Below, piece by piece: positions 1 through 13,777 of a stretch of DNA of 64,000 nucleotides. Position 1 is the first letter of the stretch. Every line of letters begins with the position of its first letter. The stretch lies in assembly GCF_000143415.4 (NCBI RefSeq), contig NW_003314288.1:1120047-1184046 (forward strand), given 5' to 3'. The position numbers and the translations under genes are program-made. The DNA is from Selaginella moellendorffii. Its lineage: Eukaryota > Plantae > Lycopodiophyta. The notes under the pieces were generated by a model, which saw only the letters and a list, made by a program, of their open reading frames with translations, ran no database searches and was not told the origin of the DNA.

Positions 1-99
1 GATAGCCTATATAAAACATACACTCAAATGTTTATGTATTATGCTGCTTGCCTTGGCTGGCCAAATATCTCAAAAGTGAGCTTGATACCATAGACTTTC

Positions 100-1261
100 T
101 TTCCTTAAATCAATACTTCCCTAAATTTCAGTAATTAATCAGAATAAAATGAACTTTATATTTGGCAATAACAATCACATTGGCCACTTCCTTTTGAGCT
201 TTTTTCATTAAGGCCTTCTAAAGCAGCAAGATTGTCTAGCTAGAAGTAAAAAACAAGAATATAACATATTACCTATACATGAAATTATAAGAAATGTCCC
301 AAAGGTAGCAAAAGTATAAGGGCATTGGCCATGGTGAGATGTCATGATATAAAAAATGAACACTCTTGATTGGAAATGAGTGTTTATCCCCATTTATGTC
401 TTGGTTAAGGAGCATATCAAATCTGAGCTATATCACAAGATAAAAGAAGTTTTTACCTCATAAAACATTGTGTTAATATCACCTAACCATAGAAGGGAAG
501 AAGAATGTCTTTGAGGTGGACAAGATATTCCTCTTTAAAGCTGCTCTTAGCCAATAGGTATTTTACAATCTTGAGGTTTCATATTTGTAATGCTTCTTAG
601 GGATTGGTGTTTTTGGATCACCGTAGTAAACCACCCAGACGTATGCCCTCGTTGGGCATATGAAAGATGCGAAAGAAACGTTTGATGGGAGCAATTCATC
701 CTTGTTGTTGCCATCATTCCTTGTGTCTACGGTAATCATCGTGATGATTTTTGACAAAAGGACTCCAAGGATGGTTACAGATTTGGAGGTGGCAAATCTG
801 GCCACAGAATTTGATGAGATTTTGGTAGTATGCAAATAAAATTTATACGCAACTCAAGATAGAGTAAAAAACTTTGTTAATGAGCATTGCTAATTCCAAA
901 AATATAAAGTGTGTCTTTATGTAAGTGATCTTTCCGTCTCCACAAATGCATTAAGGTTAGGACCATTATCCAAAAGAATTTGCTTTGGATAAGAATGTTA
1001 AATTACCACTTGATTGAGGAAGAAATACCCAAAAACAGTCACTAATGCATTAGCAAGAGCACTAACTTCTATCTAGCGATTCAAGTAGTCAAAAACAATA
1101 ATAATATATTCATTGTTAGCAATTGACCATGGAAAAAGTCCTATCAAATTAAATGTTACCAACTCAAATAGACTTAGGATAAGGTAAAGAAATTTACTAA
1201 TAAACATTGCCAATTCCGAGAATATAAGGTGGGAGAACTTGTCTTTGTGCAAGTGCTATTT
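100..1261. mobile_element. Mosaic of decayed Ty3/Gypsy pol fragments
   Basis: 780-912 (+) translates to ~ANLATEFDEILVVCK*NLYATQDRVKNFVNEHC*FQKYKV and 1190-1260 (+) to KHCQFREYKVGELVFVQV. Both match the integrase C-terminus of the element at 20.3-25.1 kb. 955-1185 (-) translates to FELVTFNLIGLFPWSIANNEYIIIVFDYLNR*IEVSALA...PKQILLDNGP, matching the integrase of the element at 25.7-30.7 kb. Confidence 0.75.
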
Positions 1262-2717
1262 TGTTGGGATGTGAGCTGCATCCATGAGCCATTAGCTACT
1301 GAGAGAGCATGAGATCCAGAGAACATTTCAATTCCTAAAATATTCTAATACATATGATGCTAGGTCATGGGGAGGGCAAAAGAGATGGAGTTTTGGAGAT
1401 GCACCTAGAGCATGAGTGGAGTGTTGAGTGTCTAGGCATGGTTGGGGATTCCCCACTCCCCAGCAAGTGGTGAACACAACATGACATGATTTATGGAGTT
1501 TTTGAGAGATTGGAGTCATGCTTTCTTTCTTTCTTTCATGAGAGATTTTCCTTTTATGGGTCTCTAGAATGCTCGGTTGGCTATCTAAGTACATGACACA
1601 GCTAAGCACGGCCATAGCTAGGAAAGCAAAAATTTCTTTTCTTTTGGATCTTTCTTGAGGGTTTTCTTGGGTGCATTTGCTTTTGGACCAGAACTCTCAT
1701 AGAAATAGTCATGATTTCATACGGTGTTTGTGGTGGTGAGTAGCTTAGGAACTCTTCTTTCCAACAAGCTATGCCGCAATAGCAGATTTGGCTGAGAGAG
1801 TGCATGCAAAGTGTTTTTCTTCTCTTTACCCTCAATGTGCAATGTTCTAGCATCAATTTCTTGTATTGTAGGGAGCAGATTTGCATGGGAATGTAGAAGC
1901 TGGAAAGCTTAGGCTCTGCTCTTTGTTTTGAAGTGCGTCAAACTCAGGGATTCTTCGAGAAAGCATCCATGCAGAGAGCTTTTCTTTCATCTCACGTGAT
2001 TCTTTGTCTTTGGGAGAGAGATTCCTAGCATTTGAGGGTTTCTTACCTCTTTTTCTCCTCATGGGTTTCTTGAGCACTTTCTCAATATTCCAGTGAGTTC
2101 ATTCTTACCAAAATTGGCACATGGAGTCAACGGTGAGAACCATTTTCCCTTTCTCAAACTTTGGAGGGTGATAATTTGTGATTTGCTGATCAGTTTTCGA
2201 TGATATTTGTTAGAAAGGAACACCTAAGTTTGCCCTTTCTTTTGAGCTGTAGCACAGCCACAAGTTTGAGCCATTTTCCTCACATATATACACTTTGCTC
2301 TCACAATCCTTGAGTTCCATGGGTTTTCATAGCCAAAGTTCCTTGCTTTCTAGATGATTCTATGTGAGAGTCTAGAGATCCCCTAATTGGTGCCATTATG
2401 AGCCATTTATTGGGTAGATCCATCCAAGGGTTTTTCCATTCTCAAGGACTTGGAGAGGTATTAGCTGTGGTGTGTGAACTCAGGATCATTTATTTTGATC
2501 AGACTGATCATGGAGACAGAGTTTCAGAGACATTTCCTGAGAGTTGGCATTTATTGGGAAACAAACATTTTATGCTGGTTTGAACTCAACTTCAAGTGTT
2601 CAGAATTCACAATTGTTTGCAACTATTTCTGGAGCATGTAGGAGGTATTCACGCTTGCAAAGAGAGCTAGACTACCAGACAGCTCTCTCCAGCAAGGAGG
2701 ATTTGAACATCCCAACA
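1262..2717. mobile_element. Putative solo or orphan LTR (~1.46 kb)
   Basis: Starts TGTTGGGATGT and ends ACATCCCAACA (11-bp perfect inverted termini, TG...CA), with no credible ORF. The flanks TATTT and AATAC do not form a TSD. Confidence 0.5.
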
Positions 2718-2829
2718 AATACCACATTGAGGAATCCACTTCTTATGGCAACTTTTCCTCAAATCCATATTGTGTAATGTGGGACAGACTTATCTTACTT
2801 CTAAGGAAATGGTAATGTCTTGGCAAAGA

Positions 2830-4400
2830 CACACATCCTCCATTTTGAGTAGTATTGCATGTCAAATGGCATTGTTGAGGACAACTACAAAATTCACAAT
2901 TTTTCCTGATTGCTCATTGCCCTTGTAGAGACTTTCCTAGACACAAATACAGCTGCCGTGCCATGATGCAGTGGCCTGGACTACAATGCCTACTGCATTC
3001 TCCCACACTATAGGCAACTTCGATATGAGATCCATGTGGCCACTCTTCAACTTTCAAGGAGGCTTTCAAGTCTCACTTCAACTAGTAGAAGCCCACCAAC
3101 TGATTACTCATAGATCTTTTCATGTTCTGACAAGGTGCCCGCAAGTCTGTTCTTGAGTATGCTATGTGTTTCAGAGCATACTGGAAAAAGTGCATGCAAA
3201 GGAGGATCATTAGGAATGAACCACATGGCATCACAACATTCATCTCCAGCTTGAAAGACAACTTACAGTGCAAGATGTTGAAATGACAGTTTCAGACATG
3301 CCACAAGGCATTTGCAACAGCTGAATCGCTTGAATGTGATCTCCTCCAAAAGCTTGATATATCATGTGTGGAAGAAGCTTTCCACCCACCACTAGAGGGT
3401 GTTTCCTACTCAACAACCTGCATTTCTACTCCTCCAGCAATATCCACTGGCAATGAGCAAGTTCCTTCGAGAAAGCACTGTTGGAACTTGCTGGTTACAA
3501 GGAGATCATCCAACAACAACAACGTCGACACTGCTCTCACTACGACATCAATATATATGACACAAACAAATGTTGGAAGCTGCATCCCAAGCTGTGTCCT
3601 CCATGTACACAAAGTGTCTAGGAATGACCGTTTGCGGAAAACACCACCATATCCAGATAAGATGGATATCAACAACAAATAGAGCTTTGCAGGATCAGAG
3701 CCCCTCCATCGTCGAGTAAAGGAAAAGCAGTGGCGATCAACATGATCCTTGTTGCCGAGCGAGATCTTGATCAAGTGGCTGCTATTACATGGGCTAAAAA
3801 GAAGGCAATGGTAGACATAGATGGAGGAGATGAACTGGCACTAGCACCTCAACCTATTGTTGGACAGTGGTTACCATTCCCTCTGCCATTTGCAGTGCAA
3901 GGCAAATCCTCAACGACATCTTCTCCTCTAGTACCCGCATGCCCTCCACAATCTACTGGCAGTTTGTCCCATGGTGTTCAGCCATCTTCAGCTATGCTAG
4001 AGTCTATTTTGCAGCAGCTTGTGTCAGCTCTAGTGGCCATCACCCTCAGCCAACTTTTGATATAGTGTCCCAGTTTTGCACAGTAGTTGGAGGAATTTGC
4101 TGTTTTTAGAGGCCTGAACACACCCTCCAGACACCTCCTTGAACACACCAATCAAAGTTATGAGAGCACATACACTCTCAGATCCCAGAGCATTCATCAT
4201 CCCAATTTCCCTTGCAAATTCCAAACTAGTGGAGGTGCTTGCTACACAAAGCTTGTTATTCCACGATCATCGTTTTCATCTCTGCGTATGCAACAAGACT
4301 AGTTGCCCAATCTCATTAGATAGTGCTCACCAAGACTCATCCTCTGATACCAAATGTAGCACATGTGGTTTTTACCTTTTATCCTATGGTGATTTACCAT
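2830..4400 (+). mobile_element. Highly degenerate gag/protease-like retroelement remnant
   Basis: Fragmented ORFs with gag-protease-linker-like stretches (LESILQQLVSALVAITLSQLL; RAFIIPISLANSKLVEV). Weak similarity only; boundaries approximate. Confidence 0.3.
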
Positions 4401-7400
4401 AGGATAACACCACGAAATGGAACCTTAACCCTCTTTATGCCACGTGACATATGCCATATGTCATATGGCATGTGTCCAAAGGATAGTGGTGTGGAACCCA
4501 AGATTCAGAGCCTTGGGCCACTGAACAAAGGAACGGTGCCAAACTCCCAAGCATGGAGCCAAGGAGCAATAGAACCGAACCATGGAGCAACTCCGGAGCA
4601 TACAGCCCAAGGAGCGAAGGGACAGAAGCCTGGAGTGACTTGGAATAGTCCTAGAGCAACCAGCATCTCTTTGCTAGGACTAGCACGCAAAATGGAGCCA
4701 AACAGAGTCTGGCGCTATTTTGGCATATCGGTGGCCTAACGCAAGGACATGCGTACTCCACCAGCTAGCATGGTATGGAACTTGGGCTTAGACTAAAGCC
4801 GGACGCAAAACAAGGACAAGCATGCAAGCGGGAGCTAGACTATGCCTCAGGTTGGTCGGCCATTCCCGACCTACCCACTATCCTTACTATACATTTGGAA
4901 CCCCCCATAGCCACCCGCCCCTGAAGAACACACACCCCAAGCCTCCCTTAGTATTAGGAGTTAGTCTCTAGGACAAGCTCGAAATTTACTAAATATGGAA
5001 TGGCACTAAATTGTGAATTTGGACACGGGACAAACACCATTGTGTTCAGAACAATTTTTACATTCCGTAGATATGCCAAATGAGCAAATCTAGACACTTT
5101 CCATAAATAGCATTTGAGACCGGAATGAGACTAACACAAAGGGCATGATAGCGAGGGTGTTTGGCAGACACAATTAGCTATCATCTAGCAAATATTAAGG
5201 GACCAATCTCAATACTGCGAGGGTTCTTGATACTAGCAAGTGCAAGCCAATGACAGGAGTTTCTCAAACTAGGCCGAATATGCTCAGTAAGAAACATATA
5301 GGGTTCCTACCTTATGTTTATTCAATTTAAGTACACGGTCATTGACCAATTTCTCAACTAGCCCAAGTGAGAACTGATAATAGGCCTAGCAATACCGACC
5401 TTCTGCCGTCGTGGCAGTAAGGAAAGAATATCCGAAAGGACTAGCCAACAGGTAACTTTCGATACCCGAAGTCACATTCACGACACAACCCGGTAGCATA
5501 AAAGCTAAATAGCTAGAACATCTCAAGTGCATTAACAAGGCAATAAAGAAGATATTGAAGACTATACCTGAAGATTCAAATATCACGCAAAGTGCTACAA
5601 AAAATCTGCTCACTAAACAAGGTAAATATATTTGGTATGTATAGGGATTGAAAAAGATATACTAGCAAATGGTTGCTCTCACAAGTATGAAAGAAGATCT
5701 AGATGCTAAAACCTCTATTGACAATATTTCCAAGAAAATCAAGAACCTCGAGCAACAGCTTCAAAAATTTTTAAGAGTAGAAACAACAAGAATAAACGAC
5801 TCTTCTGATGATAAGGAAGAATCCAAACTCGAAGTCATGAAGAAAGACAAGAATCAAGAATTTACTAAAATACTTAAGAAAATTACAATCAAGAATGAAA
5901 TTAAAAGAGTATGGTGTACGAAATGCAAGAACAAAGGACATATTCTAACAAACTATAAACTACTAATTCCTAAGTGTCAAATCTATGAAAAAGAAGGATA
6001 TATAGCAAAGATCTATCAATACAAAGGAGCAACTAAAATCACACGAGTCGAGAACATACCTTGAACTCCTACACCAACTAAAAGACATTACAATCAACCC
6101 AAACAAGAACCACAGCAGTGGTAGCTAAACTACCACAATCAAGGTACATATAATCCTAACCCTAGATACCATTGATAATACAACAATGGCAACCAAGACA
6201 ATTAGTATATCAATAGGCTTATAAGTAGCCTTATCGGGACAACCAACAATGGAGACCACCACCCTGGCAAAACAACTATCAACAACAGTACCACAACATC
6301 GACAATAGAGACCACCTCTACAACAACTAAACTATCAACAGTAAATCAACAATATGATCCACCACCTAAAGCATTTCCTCACAACCACTATCAATAGCAA
6401 CCTCAAACTTAAGAAATCTGACCCCAATACCAACAACAACAAAATCAAAGAAATCAACCTCCTTAGTAAGATTAGCAACATCGAAGACCTCCTCCAACAA
6501 CAAGAAATGTCAACATCGACCAAATCAAAGATGAACACTTTGAAGATGAACCTAAGGTAAGAGCTCTAACTCGAAGTCAGAAAAAACACTACACTCTTGA
6601 AGATAACCTTGAGGAAAAGTCAAAGAACAAGAACTCTAAGACGAAGTGCAAAAAATTTCAAAGCATGAATGGCAACAAAGCAAGGAGCTAATCAACACAA
6701 TTTAACAAACCTTTCAACAACAACAACCTAAAGTTGAAGATGATCAGGAAATTATGACTGAAACTCTGTTAAGAAAAGAGGAGCAACCAAAGCTCATCAC
6801 CAACATTCTTCAACAAAGTATCACACTTACCCTTCTAGAACTTTTATAAGTAATTTCATACTTGAGAAAACAACTTTTCAAGATATGTCAAGCTTCTCCA
6901 CCAAAAAACTTCAGCTCAAGTCAAGAAAAAAACCAACAACTCATCCCATAAGGCAAACATCCAACCTAGCGATTATGATGAAGATGTACTATGCATCCCA
7001 ATCACGATAAGAAAGAGCAAAGTTATATAAATAATCATCAACAATAGAGCAAATATCAATATTATCGAGTATTCAACCTGCAAAGCAATGGGCCTTGGAC
7101 CAATCTACTCTACACCCTTCAATGGCAAGATGGCCGACGATCAAAGTGTACAACCATCAAGAATCATGTATAACATTCCTATCAAGATTAAAGATCAAGA
7201 ATTTAAGGTAACTTTCATCGTACTCAAGATGGCAAAAGACCAAAACTGCTACGAAGTACTCCTCAAACGAACTTGGCTCAAGATTATAAACATCATCACA
7301 TACTAGAGGAACAATACCATCGGAGGACACAAAAATGCTCCACAACTATCTACCAGTATTGTAAAGAAGATCAAAAAGAAATTTTAACTAACCACAATCA

Positions 7401-8594
7401 AACAATATGACTAGAATGAAGGACTCGACAGCTATGAAGAAGCTCAAATTCTCAAGGCATACCCCGAATTAAAAACGCTAATTTAAGTCGATCTCAACCG
7501 AATCATCGTGAAGAAAACAAGCAATCAAGATCCTCAACTTCAAAATGAAGATTTCCAACACCAAGATTTGAAAGAAAAGACAACACCAGCACACATCAAA
7601 AAACAATGAGAACATTCAAGCATCAAACTTGAATAGTTTAAACCGATGCATCAACAAATTCCACTCCAAGAACAACCAGATCTAGGACAAGAAGGATCAC
7701 AACTTACACCAATACTCAATCTTGAAGAACCAGCTCAAGAAATTAACCTTGAAATACCTAAAGAACCAAAAAAACTTCACATTGCCAAAGAGTTTGATGA
7801 AGATTTTAAAGCAAAAGCAACCTAACTACTTGACCCTTATCAAGATGTTTTCACCTGGTCCTAGATTGACTTATGAGGAATTCCACCTAAACTCTACACA
7901 CATCAGATTAAATTTCTATCACAAGCCATACCAACAAAGCAATTAGCCTACTGAATGAATCCCAACATATAAACCAAAGTAAAGGAAGAACTTGACAAAC
8001 TTGAAAATGTTAGATTCATCTTTCCAATTCAAAATCTAAAATGGCTATCACCATTAGTCATTGTCCCCAGGAAGAACAACAAGCTTAGTATTTGTGTCAA
8101 CTATAAGAAGCTCAATGACACAACTCAAAAGAACACCTTTTCAATTCCATTCTCTGATAAAATTCTTGATGCAATTGTAGGATATTCTTTGCTCAACAGC
8201 TTCAGTAGACACAATCAAGTATACATTGCGCCTGAAGATCAACACAAAACGGCTTTCATCAATCCACGGGGAGCATATGCCTACCTTCACATGCCTTTCA
8301 GTCTCTCTAATGCACCATTCATGTTTCAATAGATCATCACTGACACTTTTCAAGAATACCTCACCAAATTTATTCGAGTATTTATGGATGACTTCAATGT
8401 CTTCAGCAACAAAGAAGATCATCTCTAATGCTTAGAGAAATGCTTCATCAAATGCCGTGAACACAATATCACATTGAACCCTGACAAGTGCATTTTCTTC
8501 GTCAAATCAAGAATTCTACTTGGACATGTAGTTTCCAAAGAAGGAATCTTCATCAACAAGGACAAGACCCTCACAATCACCAACATACAACATC
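4400..8594 (+). mobile_element. Decayed non-chromovirus (Athila/Tat-like) Ty3/Gypsy element, 5' part: LTR/leader, gag, protease, RT
   Basis: Degenerate double zinc knuckle (WCTKCKNKGH...KCQIYEKEGY) at 5910-6020. Protease region at 7020-7300 (KMADDQSVQP...FKVTFIVL...YEVLLKRTWL). RT at 7950-8590 (WLSPLVIVPRKNNKLSICVNYKKLN...KTAF...MPFSLSNAP...VFMDDF...LLGHVVSKEG). Many stops. The 5' boundary is approximate. Confidence 0.8.
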
Positions 8595-8954
8595 TGTCAA
8601 GAATCCCCTAATTCTTGCCACATTCCTGACTCTCGCCGGATTCCTGACCCCCAAACCACATTCCTGACTCTCAAGACACTTCCCTATTCCTGACTCTCTT
8701 ATTTCCCATACAATTCCTGATTCTCGAACCACATTCCTGATGATGACATGGCACCTTCTCGACCTCAACTATATTTAGGCCATCCTCAATCCAAAAGTGG
8801 TGGAGCTCCATTAACCTATAGTATATATAGGTTAGCTTTGTTCCATTTCTCCACAATCTGATCAACACCAGTCTAAGGCCTCTTCTTCATCTCCACTAGC
8901 TTTTCTCTTTGTCTTTTGCATTTTCAAGTTCTAATCTTTTTCAGGGTCTTGACA
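8595..8954 (+). repeat. 5' LTR (360 bp) of the Tcn1-like element
   Basis: TGTCAAGA...TCTTGACA 8-bp inverted termini, internal (CACA)TTCCTGACTCTC repeats, TATATA at 8822. Homologous to 13648-13777. Confidence 0.9.
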
Positions 8955-9855
8955 ATTTGATTCAGATTATGCTTTTTGCTTTTACTTTAGCTCATTTTGA
9001 TTGTCTGATTGCCTTTGCCTTTTTTCCCCCCTTTTCTTTCTTCTTTGCCGATGGAGTCTCCAAGCCATCTTGATTCCTTCGCCGAAGTCCTTGCAAAAAT
9101 CCAGTCTGAGAATATCGAGCTGAAGGCGGCTCTTCTTCACATGCAATAGGAGCTTGCTTCACTTTCGACTCAAGGATCAAGTAGAGTTCCTGAACTGAAG
9201 GTGAGTTTCTCGGCGAAGTTCTTAGGCAAGCGTTTGGAGCTTTACAGATTCCTAAACCAAATGGAGCTGATCTTTGCACTTTAACATCGGCGGTACCCCA
9301 CTCCCGAGTCTCAAATCAGCACAATTGGGACATTGTTCAAAGGTGCAGCTTTGTCATGGTTTTCTCCTCTCTTGGAGAAAAGCATGAAAGGGGTCATGGT
9401 TCCGGAGCTGATGGATCTTCAGTTGTTCAAAGAGAAACTCAAAGCATGTTTTGGCGAGATGGATCGGGTTTGGGCTGCCACCACAAAGATGAGACATCTC
9501 TCTCAAGGGTCTCATCTTGCCTTGATCTATGCTGCGGAGTTCCAACTCCTTGCCTTGGACACTTAGTGGGATGAGCGGGCCCTGATTGATTAATTTCGTT
9601 TCGGCCTCAACAACGGTGTCAAGGATTTGTTGCTCACCATGGAGGATCCCACAAACCTATCGGATGTCATCAACAAAGTTGTTTGATGTGACAATCGTCT
9701 CTTTGAATGTCATCAAAAAAGTCACCGCACCGCCGCTTTCCCATCCCAGACTCAAGAATCCCAACTTGAGTCTTCGGGGCATACTCTTGAACCTACTGCT
9801 CTAGTTCTGATGGATATTTTTGGTACTCCCCGACTCATTAGAGAGAAGTTGAGTC

Positions 9856-10246
9856 NNNNNNNNNNNNNNNNNNNNNNNNNNNNNNNNNNNNNNNNNNNNN
9901 NNNNNNNNNNNNNNNNNNNNNNNNNNNNNNNNNNNNNNNNNNNNNNNNNNNNNNNNNNNNNNNNNNNNNNNNNNNNNNNNNNNNNNNNNNNNNNNNNNNN
10001 NNNNNNNNNNNNNNNNNNNNNNNNNNNNNNNNNNNNNNNNNNNNNNNNNNNNNNNNNNNNNNNNNNNNNNNNNNNNNNNNNNNNNNNNNNNNNNNNNNNN
10101 NNNNNNNNNNNNNNNNNNNNNNNNNNNNNNNNNNNNNNNNNNNNNNNNNNNNNNNNNNNNNNNNNNNNNNNNNNNNNNNNNNNNNNNNNNNNNNNNNNNN
10201 NNNNNNNNNNNNNNNNNNNNNNNNNNNNNNNNNNNNNNNNNNNNNN
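9856..10246. other. Assembly gap (other gaps: 13458-13557, 13778-14192, 35493-35733)
   Basis: Runs of N. Confidence 0.99.
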
Positions 10247-13200
10247 CCTACCATACGGGATTTGAGGGTTGAAGGCATCGGCGGGCATTTTGTGTCTCCA
10301 TCTTCTGGACTTAAGGAAACGTTTCCTGTTTGAGTACACATCGGATCCACCTTCACCGATATCGCCTTCAACATCATTAACAGCAAGTCCTCCTCTGTGG
10401 TGCTCAGCCTTCCTTGGTTCCAAATGCACTAGTTTCAGATCTGTTGGAAGGAATTACAGCTCGTCTCTCCCACATCTTCCCCTACTGTTCATCGAGTCCG
10501 AATTAGGAAAAGTTCCCTAAACTCAAATCAGGGTTCTGTTCCTGACTCTACGAAGTTTTCACCCTCTTTGCTCCTTATCCCTCAATCTTCTTTTCCCTCT
10601 CTTCCATCTTACACTGGACAATATCCTTGTCCCATCATTCCATTCAGTCGTACACCTCCTCCTATCTCCATAATCACTATGAAAGAACTCCATGAAGAAC
10701 TTGTTTTCCTTTTTTCTTTGCATGTTTCTTCTGTCAGTCTTCCTGAGAAGTATCATGATTTTGGGGATGCGTTTGACAAGAAAAAAACTAGTGTACTACC
10801 TGTTCATTGGCTTTACGACTATCCCATTGATTTATAGGAAAGAGCATCACCTCCATGGGGGCCTATCTATGGGTTATCCCTGTTCGAGCTTAAGGCCCTC
10901 AAAGAGTATGTGGACAAGAACCTTGCATCATGGTACATTTAGCATTCGCAGTCCCCGGCTGGACCGTCTATCTTCTTTGTCAAGAAGAAGGATGGGAGTT
11001 TGCGGCTAGTCATCGATTACTGAGGTTTGAACAAAGTGACTGTTCCGAACCGTTATCCACTGCCCCTGATCTCGGACCTGTTAGAACACCTCCGTGGTGC
11101 CCATTTCTTCACCAAGATCAACCTCCATGGAGCATAAAACCTGATCCAGATCCGACTTGGCGATAAATGGAAGACTGCATTTTGAACCCACTATGGCCAC
11201 TTCGAGTACACTATCATGCCGTTTGGCTTAACAAATGCTCCAGCAATTTTCCAACACATGGTGAACAATGTCTTTCGGGAGTTTCTTGATCAGATGGTGA
11301 TCTTCTACCTCAACAACATCCTCATCTACTCAAAAACTCAAGAGGAGCATGACGAGCATGTGTGCAAGGTGCTGGCGAAGCTACAGGAATACAGCCTATA
11401 CGCAAAGCTTGAGAAATGTTCCTTCGATCAGGAGTCTGTGGAGTTCCTTGGGTACATTGTCACTCCTGAGGGTATCACAATGGATCCTGCCAAAGTCAAG
11501 ACTATTCTCGAATGGGAACCTCCACAATCAATGTCAGACATTCAAGTTTTCCTTGGCTTCGCCAACTTCTACTGCAAATTCATTGATCACTACTCTAACA
11601 TTGTCCTTCCTCTTATGCATCTCACTCGCAAGGATGTTCCCATCTCTTAGTCTACTGTTGCCTAGTAGGCATTCGACACACTCAAGGCTGCCTTCTGTTT
11701 TGCTCCCGTCTTGATCCACGCTGATACCTCACAACCTTTCTTCATCGAGGCAGACGCCTCCAACTTTGCCATTGGTGCTGTGCTGTCTCAACTCGGAGCG
11801 GATCAGGAATTTCATCCGGTCGTTTTTCATTCTTGGAAATTCTAGCCTGCAGAGATCAATTACAAAATCTAGGACAAGAAGCTCCTTTCCATCGTGAATT
11901 CCTTTGGAGAGTAGCGTCGTTTCTTGGAGGGGGCAAGCCATCAAACAACAGTCTAGATGGATCACAAAAATCTCAAGTACTTTGCCACTTCCCGAATTTT
12001 GAACCATCGTCAGGCAAGGTGGGCACAATTCCTAAGTCGGTTTGACTTTGTTATCAAGTACAGACCTGGAAAGGTTTAGGGCCTTCTTGATGCTCTTTCA
12101 AGGTGCTCCTATCTCAGTCTCAAACCTGGTAATCTTGCCTTCAATCAACAGGATTAGGTTATCCTCGATCCTGATCGGCTCCAAGTTATGGCAATTTCCC
12201 TGGCCCTTTAGGACTCCTCCTTGATGGACATGATTAGAAATGATCTTCAATTTGACAACCTTGCCAGCAACATTTTCCCCCATCTTCAAGCTGGACATCC
12301 AGTGACTCCCGACTGCCGGTGATTTGACAAGTTCAAGTTCTTAGATGGCTTGTTGTACCATGGGGAGCAGCTTTACGTTCCAGAAGGTGATGCTTAAAGG
12401 TTGGCCCTGATGGCTTGCCACGATAGCCCGACTGCTAGTCATTTTGGTATTGCGAAAACCTATGAGCTAGTTGCACGGGACTTTTGGTGGCCTCACATGG
12501 ACAACTACATTAAAGCTTTTGTTACCTCCTGTGACATTTGCGCCCGTAATAAAGTACCTTGCCACCTTCCTTCAGGTTTATTTCGTTCCCTCCCTGTCCC
12601 TTCAGGTCCTTGGGAATCCATCTCCATGGATTTCTTGAGTGATCTTCCGAGTTCTAGAGGCTTCAACAGCATTTTAGTCATGGTGGATCACTTCACAAAG
12701 ATGATGCACTTCCTGCCGTGTACCAAGGATTTTTTAGGGAAGGACATGGCAAAATTGGTATTCATAGAAATTTTCCAACTTCATGGGATTCTTGTAGATG
12801 TGGTTTCGGATTGGGGACCTTAGTTCATCTCTCATTTCTGGCAATGGTTCTTGCAGCTGCTTGGAGTGAAGGCCAACCTCTCTTCGGCATATCATCCTCA
12901 AACTGATGGATAGTCCGAGCGAACGATTCAAACATTGGAACAATTCCTGAGATGTTTCATCAACTATCATATCATCAGGATGACTAGTTCGATATCCTTC
13001 CCCTTGCTGAGTTCTTCTATAACAACTCCATTCACTCCTCCCTTTGAGTTTCCCTTTTCTTTGCAAACTCTTGCCAAAATCCCCATTCAATCTCTCACTT
13101 ACTTCTCCATTTGAATCCTCTTGTTCAAATCCCCACTCTAAGGCATTTGTCTCCAACCTCTAGGAAATCCACAACTCCATCTCCTTCCACCTCCATCGTG

Positions 13201-13647
13201 CTCAGGAATCTATCAAAAAACTTGCCAATGTCCATCGTCTGGATTGTCCCCCTTACAATATCGGGGATAAATTCTGGCTCCTCAGGTGAAATATCTCCAC
13301 CACCAAGCCATGTCCCAAACTCAATTTCAAATGCCTTAGTCCTTTCTCTATCACTACCATCATTAATCTTGTTATTTATCGCTTTGCACTTCCCTCCTCA
13401 TATCAAATTCACCCTGTTTTTCACTCCTCTCTCCTTGAGCCTATATTCCCAATCCTANNNNNNNNNNNNNNNNNNNNNNNNNNNNNNNNNNNNNNNNNNN
13501 NNNNNNNNNNNNNNNNNNNNNNNNNNNNNNNNNNNNNNNNNNNNNNNNNNNNNNNNNTTCTCCATCTCCCATCCCTCGACACCCATCTCATCCTCCTCTT
13601 CGTTCTCATTCACGTCCTCATTCCACTCGTTCTTGAGGAGGGGGTGC

Positions 13648-13777
13648 TGTCAGGAACCCCCCAATTCTTGCCACATTCCTGACTCTCGCTGGATTTCTGA
13701 CCCGCAGACCACATTCCTGACTCTTGAGACACTTCCCTAAAACCGACCCTCTAATTTCCCGTACGATTCCTGATTCT
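13648..13777 (+). repeat. 3' LTR (partial, truncated by N-gap) of the Tcn1-like element
   Basis: Direct repeat of ~8595-8725, immediately after the PPT. Confidence 0.88.

Larger units (their letters stand above)
8595..13777 (+). mobile_element. Tcn1/chromovirus-like Ty3/Gypsy element nested in the RT of the previous element (3' LTR runs into an N-gap)
   Basis: 5' LTR at 8595-8954. Gag (FKGAALSWF...YAAEFQLLA), RT (MPFGLTNAPAIFQ), RNase H (EADASNFAIGAVLSQ) and integrase (HDSPTASH...CDIC, WESISMDF, YHPQTDG). PPT GAGGAGGGGG at 13635-13644; 3' LTR starts TGTCAGGA at 13648. Many stops. Confidence 0.9.

Noticed and set aside
8618-8742. Short regularly spaced repeats (CACATTCCTGACTCTC) resembling a CRISPR array
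   Set aside because: They lie inside an LTR U3 region, spacing is short and irregular, and the context is eukaryotic with no cas genes.
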